Shown: positions 51,003 to 59,803 of the stretch, in pieces
Position numbering within the stretch: position 1 is the first letter of the stretch
Layout of the letters: the number at the start of each line of letters is the position of its first letter
Assembly: GCA_963733055.1 (NCBI GenBank)
Contig: CAVTBR010000003.1
Coordinates: forward strand, 96,001-160,000
Direction: 5' to 3'
Origin: Candidatus Bathyarchaeota archaeon
GTDB lineage: Archaea > Thermoproteota > Bathyarchaeia > 40CM-2-53-6
DNA: 64,000 nucleotides
Translations under genes and position numbers: made by a program
Notes under the pieces: generated by a model
Database searches by the model: none
What the model was told of the DNA's origin: nothing
The model's input: only the letters and a program-made list of their open reading frames with translations

Positions 51003-52277
51003 CTAGGACGGTATTCTCTGAAACGGAAACATGAAGACGAAAATGTAGACCACCACAGCCAGGTAGAAAATTATCACCCACTTGGGTAGCTTCGTGTCGG
51101 CTATCATGTACGCGATTGCGGCGCATACGGCGGGTACGGCACCGAGAAAGTAGAATAGGTATGTGACCCGTTGTCCAAAGATGACGGCCGGGTAGAAGGG
51201 CAGGTAGGTTACGGAGAACAAGGCCAGTGAGACTAGGCTAAGATCGTCACGTCTCTGGTAGTAGTTGTATGAGCAGTATAGTAGAGCAGGAATTGTCAAG
51301 AACGAAATTGCGGGGTTCATAGCGCCGAGGAAGCTTACTGAAACGTAATTGCTGGGCGTTGCCCCGGTGGTTTGTACGCTAACTCTCAGGTACGGAATCG
51401 TAATTTGATTCAACAGCCACTGCCACGGGCAACTTATGATCCCACTCGGGCAGGCGGAAGTGAGTGCGGATGAGTAGTTCAGTATGTATTTGATGTGTTC
51501 CCAGGGGTAAGAGAACCCGACGAAGAGTCTATCCATAACAGTGAGCAGAAGGAAGAAGACGACAAGGTAGGTAATTGTGTATTTCTCAAACCAGGAGAAG
51601 AATTTGTCCCACATCTTTCTCTTCGTCGGATCGTTGATGAATTTGACTAGGTGCACACCGACAATCAACGCGAACCCCGCTATCCCCGTTATCTTGGTTA
51701 GGGCACTTAGGGCCATTCCCATTGCGCTTAGGTATGAATGGCCGGAAAAATACCAGTAGATTCCCAGCAACATGAACCCGAGGGCAAAGATATCCAAGGT
51801 GGCAATTCTGCTGTGAACGAATACTAGGTTATCAAAGGAGAAGAGGAATACGGATATTATTGGAATAGCTTCTTGCTTTGATATTTTCTTCATGAGAAGG
51901 TAGAATGCAAGAATCGAGATCGAGCCGAAGATTACACTGGGAATCCGCCAGCCGTATCCATTGTTTCCTAGCGTATACATCGAGAAAGCGATGAGCAGCT
52001 TGGCTAGGGGAGGATGTTCGTGGTTAGGATCTAGCCCGAGGGGAACATTGACGTAGGGTGGTTGGCCGTTTGCTCCCACACTTTGAGGAAGGTGTAAGAT
52101 TACTCTTGCTACGTTTACGTAGTACCACTCATCGAAGATCAATGAACCTGGAGGTTGCTCTAACCAGATCAAGCGCAGGATTATGTCGACTACGAAGAGA
52201 ATCAGGAAGATCTGATCGTACCGGTTGGTTAGGCTCAGGTCTAGGTGCAAGTAACTTCTGATGTCGGGCCAGGTCAT
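51003..52277 (-). CDS. GT39/PMT-like protein O-mannosyltransferase
   Basis: IFDEWYYV, EHPPLAKLLI, GWRIPS, SRIATLD; multiple TM segments. Confidence 0.88.
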   Translation of the reverse strand: MTWPDIRSYLHLDLSLTNRYDQIFLILFVVDIILRLIWLEQPPGSLIFDEWYYVNVARVILHLPQSVGANGQPPYVNVPLGLDPNHEHPPLAKLLIAFSMYTLGNNGYGWRIPSVIFGSISILAFYLLMKKISKQEAIPIISVFLFSFDNLVFVHSRIATLDIFALGFMLLGIYWYFSGHSYLSAMGMALSALTKITGIAGFALIVGVHLVKFINDPTKRKMWDKFFSWFEKYTITYLVVFFLLLTVMDRLFVGFSYPWEHIKYILNYSSALTSACPSGIISCPWQWLLNQITIPYLRVSVQTTGATPSNYVSVSFLGAMNPAISFLTIPALLYCSYNYYQRRDDLSLVSLALFSVTYLPFYPAVIFGQRVTYLFYFLGAVPAVCAAIAYMIADTKLPKWVIIFYLAVVVYIFVFMFPFQRIPS

Positions 52278-52305
52278 TTTTGACGATAATTTGCTAGACA
52301 ATCGT

Positions 52306-54240
52306 CTACATCCTTTCACTTAGGTTGATTCCGAGTAGTTCCATGGAGTTACGGAGCACGACTTGCACGGATGCGACCAAAGCGGCTCTCGCGTTCTTAA
52401 CTTGCTCGTCTGCATGTATAACGTCCACCTTTTCGTAGTATTCGTGAAACTTCTCAGCTAACGCGCTGGCGTAGGTAGCTAAATCTTCAGGCTTTAACTG
52501 GTCCGCTGCTTCGCAGAACACATCCGGCAGTTGGCCTATTTTGAATAGTAGAATGTGTTCCAAGGGATGGTTGAGAAGGGAACAATCGGGTTTCTTTGGC
52601 GCCATCCCTAGCTTTCGTAGGATGCTCCCTGCTCTCGTGTAGGCGTAGTTTATGAATGGTGCACTATTCCGCTCTAGGCTGAGGACCCGATCCCAAGTAA
52701 ACATCAGGTTCTTCGCACTGTTCACGCTTAGCATTGCAAACTTGATCGCGCCGTAGGCGATGTTGAGTATTATCTGCTGAGACTCAGCTGAACCGGTTTC
52801 CTGTTTCCTTTCTGCGAGAGTTTGAACCACTCTGGCCTTAGCCTGCTCGACCACCTCGTCTAGTGTGATGAAGTGCGCTCTTCGCTTGGACATTTTAACG
52901 CCGGGCAGCTCAACGAGGCCATACGAGTAATGGACCATGTTCAATGCGGCATCATTCTCCCCGAGGGCGTAGAGTGCGAGGCGAATCTGCAATTGGGGTA
53001 GGGTCTGCTCGCTAGCAATCACGTTGATTACTCGGTCAGAGTCCCTGAACTTGACCAAGGAGTATGCTACATCGCGGGTGGAGTAGAGCGTTGTTCCGTC
53101 GCTTCGTACAAGAGTCAGGGGTGGAACCTCGTAGTTGGAGGACAGCCCAAACGTCTCCCTGAGGTTATAGGCGTCCACGATCGCGTTAGCATCTAACACG
53201 AAGGAAGCGCCCTTTGGTTTGGTGAAGGGCAACTGCGTCAGTTTGTCCAATGTCTTCTTCACGAAACCGTCCCAAAGCAGCTGGCTCTCCCAATCCCATC
53301 TGTCGAAGTCTATTCCGATCTCGTGCAAAGAGACCTTGATTCCTTCGAGGCATCGCTCGACCATTGTGCGGATTAGGCGGGTGGTTGCTTCGTCATTGGC
53401 TTCATATCTCCGACCCAACTCCTGAATCGCCCGCTCCGGGTCGGTCTCAAGTTGAACTATCTTTACCACCTTTCCGAGCAGTTCTTTGTCGAGGGTTTCT
53501 AGCTCGGCTGCTATTCCGACCCACTCGTCGAGATTAGCCTGAAGTTTCGTTCTCTCTTCTGCCTGCCCTTCGCCAATCGATGCCAGTTTGCGTTTGGTAG
53601 TTTCGATCTGGACGGCGCAGTTTGTGCACGCGTAGAGGCGTCCGAAATAATGGTCCGCTTTTCCTTCTGGTGCGGGTCTGGTTAGTAGGTTGTAGCCATA
53701 GGCTAGAATCGAGACCTGCCTTCCCACGTCGTCAACGTAGAACCTCCGAATTACAGAATGGCCGCGAGCGTTGGATAGTCGGGCCAGTGCGTCGCCGAGG
53801 ATGGAGTTGCGTGCCGTAGCCATCGTTACCGGCCCAGCAGGATTCGAGCTTGTGTGTTCAACGCAGACTCTTGTCGGATTAGCAATCCGAACCAACCCAT
53901 AGTTCTGGTTCTCTGTAGCGACAGTATCTAGGATCAGAGGGCCGGCGATTGCGTAATTCAACCTGAAGTTAATGTAACCAGCAGCCTCCTCCACATTCGC
54001 GATGAGAGTCCTGTCGTCTAGTTTTATCGCGCTAGTAATCTTGTGAGCGACGTCCTGAGGTTGCAGCCCCTTTTGCCGCGCGATCTCGTGCGCCACCGAT
54101 GAGGCGAGTTCGCCGAATTGCAAGGACCCCGGGACCGAGAGGCGGTACTGCCCTCTAGATGAGTCCGGATAAGTAATCGATAGCGCGACGTTCAGCGTTT
54201 CGATGCACTCTGCTTTGAATTGCTGGAGGACGGTGGGCAA
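52306..54240 (-). CDS. argS: Arginine--tRNA ligase (non-canonical HIGH motif)
   Basis: EHTSSNP, RNSILGD, YVDDVGRQ, RSDGTTLY.TRD.AY, KMSKR, C-terminal ERM. Confidence 0.92.
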   Translation of the reverse strand: MPTVLQQFKAECIETLNVALSITYPDSSRGQYRLSVPGSLQFGELASSVAHEIARQKGLQPQDVAHKITSAIKLDDRTLIANVEEAAGYINFRLNYAIAGPLILDTVATENQNYGLVRIANPTRVCVEHTSSNPAGPVTMATARNSILGDALARLSNARGHSVIRRFYVDDVGRQVSILAYGYNLLTRPAPEGKADHYFGRLYACTNCAVQIETTKRKLASIGEGQAEERTKLQANLDEWVGIAAELETLDKELLGKVVKIVQLETDPERAIQELGRRYEANDEATTRLIRTMVERCLEGIKVSLHEIGIDFDRWDWESQLLWDGFVKKTLDKLTQLPFTKPKGASFVLDANAIVDAYNLRETFGLSSNYEVPPLTLVRSDGTTLYSTRDVAYSLVKFRDSDRVINVIASEQTLPQLQIRLALYALGENDAALNMVHYSYGLVELPGVKMSKRRAHFITLDEVVEQAKARVVQTLAERKQETGSAESQQIILNIAYGAIKFAMLSVNSAKNLMFTWDRVLSLERNSAPFINYAYTRAGSILRKLGMAPKKPDCSLLNHPLEHILLFKIGQLPDVFCEAADQLKPEDLATYASALAEKFHEYYEKVDVIHADEQVKNARAALVASVQVVLRNSMELLGINLSERM

Positions 54241-54415
54241 AGCAACCAGTTTTCCGATCTAATCTGCTGGCCCAACAGCGTATGTTCATTTGCTTAAAAT
54301 TGGTTCGCTGACGCGAGTTCAGCGACGACTAAGAACCCTGTTTACTGAGATGTTATTCGGTTCAAGACGGGTCCAAATCCCCAATCTTATACGGCTTGAA
54401 ACCGTCCCACATCAG

Positions 54416-54493
54416 GGGCGGGTAGCCTAGCCTGGATAGGGCACAGGCCTCCGGAGCCTGAGGTCGGGGGTTCGAATCCCTCCCCGCCCGCCA
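54416..54493 (+). tRNA. tRNA-Arg(CCG), intronless, encoded CCA
   Basis: GGGCGGG/CCCGCCC acceptor stem, CAGGC-CTCCGGA-GCCTG anticodon arm, GGGGG-TTCGAAT-CCCTC T arm. Confidence 0.96.
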
Positions 54494-54524
54494 CACGTTC
54501 AATCAGAATAAACCCCCGCCCCGT

Positions 54525-55409
54525 TTGAATGAGATAATCAGTTATGGGCTGTGGATGCGCAGGGAAGGTTATCGTGAATCCACCTGCTATTTCTCTGTCC
54601 GAACTCTCAAACGGCTGGACCGTAAGGTCAACTTGTTAGAGCCTGAAGCAGTCAAACGATTCCTAGCCAACTCAGCTTGGAGTGAGGGCGGCAAGGAACG
54701 GGTAGCAGAAGACCTAGACCGATTCTACAAGTTCAAAGGTATCCAGTGGGAGCGGCCAAGATATGAGGCCGTAGATACTCTACCGTACATACCGAAAGAG
54801 GCTGACATTAACGAACTAATCTCAGGCCTCTCCGCTACCGTTGGCACTTTCTGTTTGCTTCTCAAGGAAACAGGCTGCAGGCCATGTGAGGGCTGGGCGG
54901 CTGAATGGACGCATATCGATATGGATAGGCACGCCGTAGTAATTCGAGCCGGTAAGAAATCTAGGAGTAGGGAACTCAGAATTAGTAATGTGGTTGTGAG
55001 CCGACTAAACCAATTACCAAAGAGCGGGAAGTATGTCTTCCATGATGGGAAGAAGCCGCCCATTGACGGCCTAAAGGATTTCACTCGCTCATTTCAGAAA
55101 CAACGTCAACGGGTAAGTGTCAAGTGCGCTAACCCGAAGCTGCAACTAATCAGCCTACGAACCCTACGCCATTACAAGGGAACCATGGAGTATCATCGAA
55201 CCCGTGATATCGTCCACGTCCAACGCTTGCTAGGGCATAGGTCAATCCAGAATACGCTGAGATACGTTCGGCTCGTAAACTTCCCAGATGAAGATGAGTT
55301 CACTTCGAAAGTTGCAACAAGTCAGAAAGAAATTACAGAGTTGATTGAGGCAGGGTTCGAGTTCATTCTGCAAAAAGATGGGCTAGTCTACTTCAGAAAG
55401 AGAAAATGA
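54525..55409 (+). CDS. Tyrosine recombinase/integrase (C-terminal part; frame is open through attL)
   Basis: TGCRP.E, RTLRH, LLGHRSIQNTLRY. Confidence 0.92.
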   Translation: MNEIISYGLWMRREGYRESTCYFSVRTLKRLDRKVNLLEPEAVKRFLANSAWSEGGKERVAEDLDRFYKFKGIQWERPRYEAVDTLPYIPKEADINELISGLSATVGTFCLLLKETGCRPCEGWAAEWTHIDMDRHAVVIRAGKKSRSRELRISNVVVSRLNQLPKSGKYVFHDGKKPPIDGLKDFTRSFQKQRQRVSVKCANPKLQLISLRTLRHYKGTMEYHRTRDIVHVQRLLGHRSIQNTLRYVRLVNFPDEDEFTSKVATSQKEITELIEAGFEFILQKDGLVYFRKRK

Positions 55410-55477
55410 ACTGAGCAAAAGATACTAAAGCCGAATGAGGCTTCTATAGCGACGGAGAAGGAGATAGCGGTTCCACC

Positions 55478-55974
55478 GTGTCAACAGTCCCACAAGCTGT
55501 CAAGGAGAACTTTTGGAAACACGTCCACAAACAACCTAATGGTTGTTGGATTTGGACGGCTTCCAAGAACCAATATGGACATGGCCGATTCCATTATCGT
55601 GGACGTTTCACTACTGCTCACCGAACTGCTTACGAGATTAAATTTGGCCTATAGCCAAAGGAAAGCAGGTTTTGCATCATTGCAATAATCGTGCTTGTGT
55701 AAATCCAGAACACTTGTCCGTCGGAACTGCCAAGGACAACGCCGAACAAAGGGTGAAGGAAGGCCGTTCCAACCCACGCACAGGAGAAGACCATCTCCAT
55801 AAGGTAACTGCGAATCAAGTTTACGAAATTCGGGCGAAGTATGCGAGAGGCGGTGTCGGCTATAGGACTCTCGCCAAGGAATACAAAGTCAGTCCAAGTA
55901 CGATTCTTGCCATAGTTCGCTATCAGTCTTGGAGAAACCCAACGAATATACCGAATAAACAAAACAGAACCTAA
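55478..55974 (+). pseudogene. HNH endonuclease with C-terminal HTH; -1 indel near 55648 (error or pseudogene)
   Basis: FWKHV...GCWIWT...YG.F.....AHR.AY..FG / VLHHCNNRACVNPEHL..GT..DN. Confidence 0.8.
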
Positions 55975-56290
55975 TACGCAATAAAGTGTACGGGTTATAG
56001 CCTACTTTCGAAAACGCAAATAGCCATCATCGCACGGACTCATATTCTGGAATGCCCAATGAATCGGAAGTGGACCGACCCGCCTGTTATTGTAGCAATG
56101 GTTGCTATCATCGTCTCTGGGTGTTTCTCAGGCCTTGGGCCGATTCGCCTGAGTTAACCCTGCGAGGCCCAATCCTACTACTTGGTAGAAATGGAGTAAT
56201 ATTACCCTTTTCGACTGTCTCTACAAGCCACCTTAAATACCTAGTCGGTATATATAATCATTCTAGATGAGTTCTGGAGGTGTTTGAGAG

Positions 56291-56371
56291 ATGGCGAAGA
56301 AACGTAAGGTTAAGATGAGTTTGGGTAAGGAGCACGACAAGAACATTAGACAAGAAGAGCAAGTAGCTTAA
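56291..56371 (+). CDS. 26-aa small protein MAKKRKVKMSLGKEHDKNIRQEEQVA
   Basis: TTAAATA box, GGAGGTG RBS, and a paralog at 59015 with synonymous changes. Confidence 0.8.
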   Translation: MAKKRKVKMSLGKEHDKNIRQEEQVA

Positions 56372-56586
56372 AGCTACTAACCTTGGGCGGATATCGCCCT
56401 CATTTTCTTTCTTTGTTATCCCTGATTAGAGCGACCGAACGTGGCCTGAAAGGCCAATCTGTTTTTAATAGAATATTCCTAGACTAGTGATAACTTCGTG
56501 CCGCCTACGGTTTCGAGTTGTAATTTGATATCGAGAGTCAAACGAGGTCTTATTAACTTCAGAAACCCCCGTCTGCGTTAGGGTTT

Positions 56587-57417
56587 GTGTTCTTGAAACG
56601 TGGAGCAGTTGGGCTTGGCCTAATAGTAGTCATGTTCATGCTTCTGTTCGTTTTGGAGCCGTTGCCTGTTCATGCCGTATCAAGCCTCAGCCTAGACGGA
56701 GCGGCATCAAGCGGGGTATGCACCAGCACTACGTGTTCAGCGACGTTGACGACCTCAAACCCCAACGACATCATCATTGCCTTCGTGGGCGGTGGTCAGA
56801 TAAGTTTTGGAACGCCGCCAACGGCCAGCGGTCTAACCTTCAATACACGATTAACAACAGTGGGTCTCGCCAATGCTGGTGAATGGTGGGCGGTAGCTTC
56901 CTCGCCGCTCTCCAGCGTTACCATAACCGTAACGCTGTCACATAGTACGTCTCCGGAGTATTCGTTGATTGTTTTTGGAATTTCGGGAGCGAATACCGCT
57001 ACCCCCTTCGACCCTTCTTTGCCCTTGCCGGCAACAGCCAACAGCGGCGGCTCCCCAACCAGCTCTTCCAGCGTACAAGTCTCAACCTCCAATCCCAACG
57101 ACATGATTCTAGGACTCGTAGCTGGGGGAACGAATGTTGGCGGTGGGTCTGCGGGTTCAGGCTTGACCATAATAGAATCTCTAGCGAACCATAACAACGC
57201 TGCCGAGTATGAGGTTGTGAGCAACACTCAATCAGGACTCTCTGTCAGCATTAACTTCGGCGGCGGACCCTCTAATTGGCTTATGTTTGGGGACGCCGTA
57301 CAAGCCGCAACTGCTCCACCAATCCCAGAGTATCCGCTTGGATTACCAATTCTAGCAATCCTCACGATAATCGGGTACGGTTTAGTTAGACGACGAACAA
57401 GAAACGATAACGCCTAA
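56587..57417 (+). CDS. Secreted S/T-rich protein with PEF-CTERM-like (IPEYP) anchor
   Basis: Signal peptide (VHA), internal repeat TSNPND.I, IPEYPLGLPILAIL..RRRTR. Confidence 0.85.
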   Translation: MFLKRGAVGLGLIVVMFMLLFVLEPLPVHAVSSLSLDGAASSGVCTSTTCSATLTTSNPNDIIIAFVGGGQISFGTPPTASGLTFNTRLTTVGLANAGEWWAVASSPLSSVTITVTLSHSTSPEYSLIVFGISGANTATPFDPSLPLPATANSGGSPTSSSSVQVSTSNPNDMILGLVAGGTNVGGGSAGSGLTIIESLANHNNAAEYEVVSNTQSGLSVSINFGGGPSNWLMFGDAVQAATAPPIPEYPLGLPILAILTIIGYGLVRRRTRNDNA

Positions 57418-57526
57418 CTTCGGTAAGCGGCTGGGCCGAAGCGTGAGCGCAGGCCCAATCGTTCCAGTACATTCACGATAATGCTTCTCGACATGTTACG
57501 TTAAATAGTCTTAACTTCGTCACAAC

Positions 57527-58054
57527 ATGCAGTGGTTTGTGGAGTCTACGGTTCAAAGATTCAGGTTCATTGCCCTTACGGTCCTTTCGATACTAGCCCT
57601 CACAATTATCGGGGGCGCCTCACTCTCACCAGCATACGCAGATGGATGCATCTTCTCCACTAATGGGAGCCCCTTCACCATAACTCAGGGAACCAGCTTA
57701 ACGGTCACTGGAACTGATAGCTGCAATCCTGCCGGCACAGTTACCGTCGTAGCTCCAATCTATAGCTCATGTATCGGCTCATTCATAGGCTTGCAAGGTT
57801 CGGCTACACCCGTTTCGGGTAGTTTCTCTGTGAATGTTCCTACTTCCTCGCTCGCTCCAGGTTCATATTGTATCGAATTTGCTTCTCAGTGTGCAGGGAC
57901 ATGTCCTGACTCTCCTCTCAATGTCAATGACCCTCTCACTGTTACTCCTGCTACACCCATCCCAGAATATCCACTCGGCCTACCCATACTAGCAATCCTC
58001 GTGCTAATCGGGTTCGGTTTAGTTAGACGCCGAACTCGAAACGATAAAACCTAA
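57527..58054 (+). CDS. Secreted Cys-containing Ig-like protein with IPEYP anchor
   Basis: Signal peptide (AYA), LAPGSYCI, IPEYPLGLPILAIL..RRRTR. Confidence 0.85.
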   Translation: MQWFVESTVQRFRFIALTVLSILALTIIGGASLSPAYADGCIFSTNGSPFTITQGTSLTVTGTDSCNPAGTVTVVAPIYSSCIGSFIGLQGSATPVSGSFSVNVPTSSLAPGSYCIEFASQCAGTCPDSPLNVNDPLTVTPATPIPEYPLGLPILAILVLIGFGLVRRRTRNDKT

Positions 58055-58099
58055 GCTCCATAATCCGTTGGGCCGAAAGGCCCAATCATAATTTAGTAA

Positions 58100-58567
58100 T
58101 TAATTCTTACGCCTAACTACTCCATATCCCATAACCAATAAGATTGCCAGCAACGTGAGGCCGTATGGGTATTCAGGTATTGGAGCTGGAGTTTGAATGA
58201 CTACTTGAGCATCTAGCGGAGGAAGAGTGCCGATTTGTGCCGCCACACAATAGGTACCCACTCCTAGGACGCCGACAAATAGGGTCACGGAAAAGCCTCC
58301 AGTCGGGTCCGTAGTGATTCCTTTATCGCTAGATGAGCCAGCGCATGTCCCCGTAGGGTCAAGGTACAAAATGAGCCCACCCGCCGTGTTAGCAGGCCAT
58401 CCGCTTCCTATAGCTTGCACATTGTTGCCCTGCGTGACAGGGTTCGGCATAAAGGTAAGCGTCGGCGGCGGCAAAGCGTATACGCTTCTAAGATTCAACG
58501 TGACCGCAACTGAAACGATAGCGATTATAGCCAAGACTAATGCTGCTTTCTTCCGCAACCCAACCAA
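58100..58567 (-). CDS. Secreted Ig-like protein with IPEYP anchor
   Basis: Signal peptide (VYA), PNPVTQG..V...GSGW, IPEYPYGL..RRK. Confidence 0.85.
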   Translation of the reverse strand: MVGLRKKAALVLAIIAIVSVAVTLNLRSVYALPPPTLTFMPNPVTQGNNVQAIGSGWPANTAGGLILYLDPTGTCAGSSSDKGITTDPTGGFSVTLFVGVLGVGTYCVAAQIGTLPPLDAQVVIQTPAPIPEYPYGLTLLAILLVMGYGVVRRKN

Positions 58568-58755
58568 ACCACAGAGATAATCGGCTCATCGATTCTTAAG
58601 GTGTTCGTAAGATGCCCAGACTTAACTCCGTCGGGTCGACGACCCAACTATAACCTATAACTTTCCGTTAAAATTTCTTAGAAACCTTACCTAACCCATG
58701 ACAACCTCTACAATTTTTTAACCCAAGACAATCTCTACCGAGCGGTGAACCTGCT

Positions 58756-58857
58756 CTGACCAACGATAATCAGGCTCCTACCTCGCCCGAATCCGGTGTT
58801 AACAAGTCAAGCGGATTGGGGCTGGGGTTCGAATCCCTCCCCGCCCGCCACAATTAG
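58756..58857 (+). other. Putative integrase N-terminal fragment (Int-N) overlapping attR
   Basis: TTTTTTAA at 58714, GGTGA at 58744, CTG at 58756; reads GFESLPARH through att in the same frame as Int-C. Confidence 0.6.
58824..58852 (+). repeat. attR (duplicated tRNA 3' end)
   Basis: Identical to 54467-54495. Confidence 0.93.
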
Positions 58858-59014
58858 ACCCCTTATTCATAGAAAGCAGGGAATCAGTTCTAGGCGAAGA
58901 TTCCACCGAGTAGAAATGCGGCGCAATTACTCTTTACGACTTACTCCTTCAAGCTACGTTAAATAGCTGAATGACACACAGCGTCGTTCTAGTAGTTTTG
59001 TGGAGGTGTTTGGG

Positions 59015-59095
59015 GTGGGGTTGAAACAAAAAGTTAAGATGAAATTAGGTCTTGAGCACGACAAGAACATTAAGCAAGAGGAACAAGTAGCTTAA
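59015..59095 (+). CDS. 26-aa small protein MGLKQKVKMKLGLEHDKNIKQEEQVA
   Basis: Paralog of 56291-56371 with the same promoter/RBS/T-tract layout. Confidence 0.78.
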   Translation: MGLKQKVKMKLGLEHDKNIKQEEQVA

Positions 59096-59166
59096 GCTCG
59101 TAATCTCGGGCGGTTAACTCCGCACCTGATTTTCTTTCTCGGTCATCTAAACGAATCCCGTTTCTC

Positions 59167-59757
59167 TCACCATAATTTCGGAATGAATCTCGGGGTTCGT
59201 TTCTTGTATTCGCGATATTCATCTCCGAATCGATCAATCAATATGGTCTCTTCTTCGTTTATTGATGCGTACAGTACGACGAGTAATGCGATTGTGGGCA
59301 AAAGAACGATCAGATTAGCTACCATAAGCGCCAAGGCGGATAGAGAAACGAATATTCCCAAGTAAATTGGGTGCCTGACGAAACCATAGACACCAGTAGT
59401 TACGAGCGCAGTGTCTTTCCTGACTCCACTTACGGAGGGAGACCAATTTTTGCCAAGCCCCCAATATGCGCACAATACAAACGAGAGACCTAGAATGGCC
59501 ACTCCGAACATGATTAGTCGGAACGAATCAGGCAACGGAATCGAGAGAAACACGACCCAGCTAGGAAGGAACAGGTAGAGTAAAGCTCCTCCGAAATAGA
59601 CGGCGGCCAATACAAGAGCCGTGGAACGTAACCCACCCTCGTGTGAAGTTGTCTGCTTAGTCGCACACCCTTTTGCCGAATAGTATAACACGGTGACACT
59701 TACGAAGAAGATTAACCATAGAATTGAGAAGATAGCGCTGAAAAACAATTCTTCCAA
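59167..59757 (-). CDS. Isoprenylcysteine carboxyl methyltransferase/PEMT family membrane protein
   Basis: LGKNWS, LVTTGVYGFVRHPIY, EE..L..RFGDEY.EY...TPRFIP. Confidence 0.9.
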   Translation of the reverse strand: MEELFFSAIFSILWLIFFVSVTVLYYSAKGCATKQTTSHEGGLRSTALVLAAVYFGGALLYLFLPSWVVFLSIPLPDSFRLIMFGVAILGLSFVLCAYWGLGKNWSPSVSGVRKDTALVTTGVYGFVRHPIYLGIFVSLSALALMVANLIVLLPTIALLVVLYASINEEETILIDRFGDEYREYKKRTPRFIPKLW

Positions 59758-59803
59758 AATCTAATCCCCTTGCAGTAGCGGTGGACCAACTCGGTTACAT
59801 TAT

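Larger units (their letters stand above)
56135..58648 (+). repeat. Five related palindromic elements at 56135-56174, 56442-56459, 57432-57460, 58068-58087 and 58630-58648
   Basis: Consensus TGGGCC-GA(n)A-GGCCCAATC; all in the same orientation, one at each gene boundary. Confidence 0.8.
54467..58852 (+). mobile_element. Integrative element (~4.4 kb) in the tRNA-Arg 3' end
   Basis: 29-bp direct repeat GGGGTTCGAATCCCTCCCCGCCCGCCACA at 54467-54495 and 58824-58852; integrase at the left end. Confidence 0.92.

Noticed and set aside
54358-54404. Imperfect inverted repeat around the tRNA promoter
   Set aside because: Short, mismatched and single-copy; it cannot be distinguished from chance.
57411-57505. 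Classical integron attC (GCCTAAC ... GTTAAAT)
   Set aside because: The ends are poorly complementary, the GTTAAAT coincides with the likely TATA box of the next gene, and the other repeats lack these boxes.
58068-58087. GGCCGAAAGGCC as hammerhead ribozyme stem II
   Set aside because: The flanking CUGAUGA and GAAA core is absent.
56135-58648. Repeats R1-R5 as a CRISPR array
   Set aside because: Spacing is hundreds of bp and contains whole genes, the repeats vary in length, and there are no cas genes in the window.
58824-58852. Second tRNA gene
   Set aside because: Only the T arm and acceptor 3' strand are present; this is attR.
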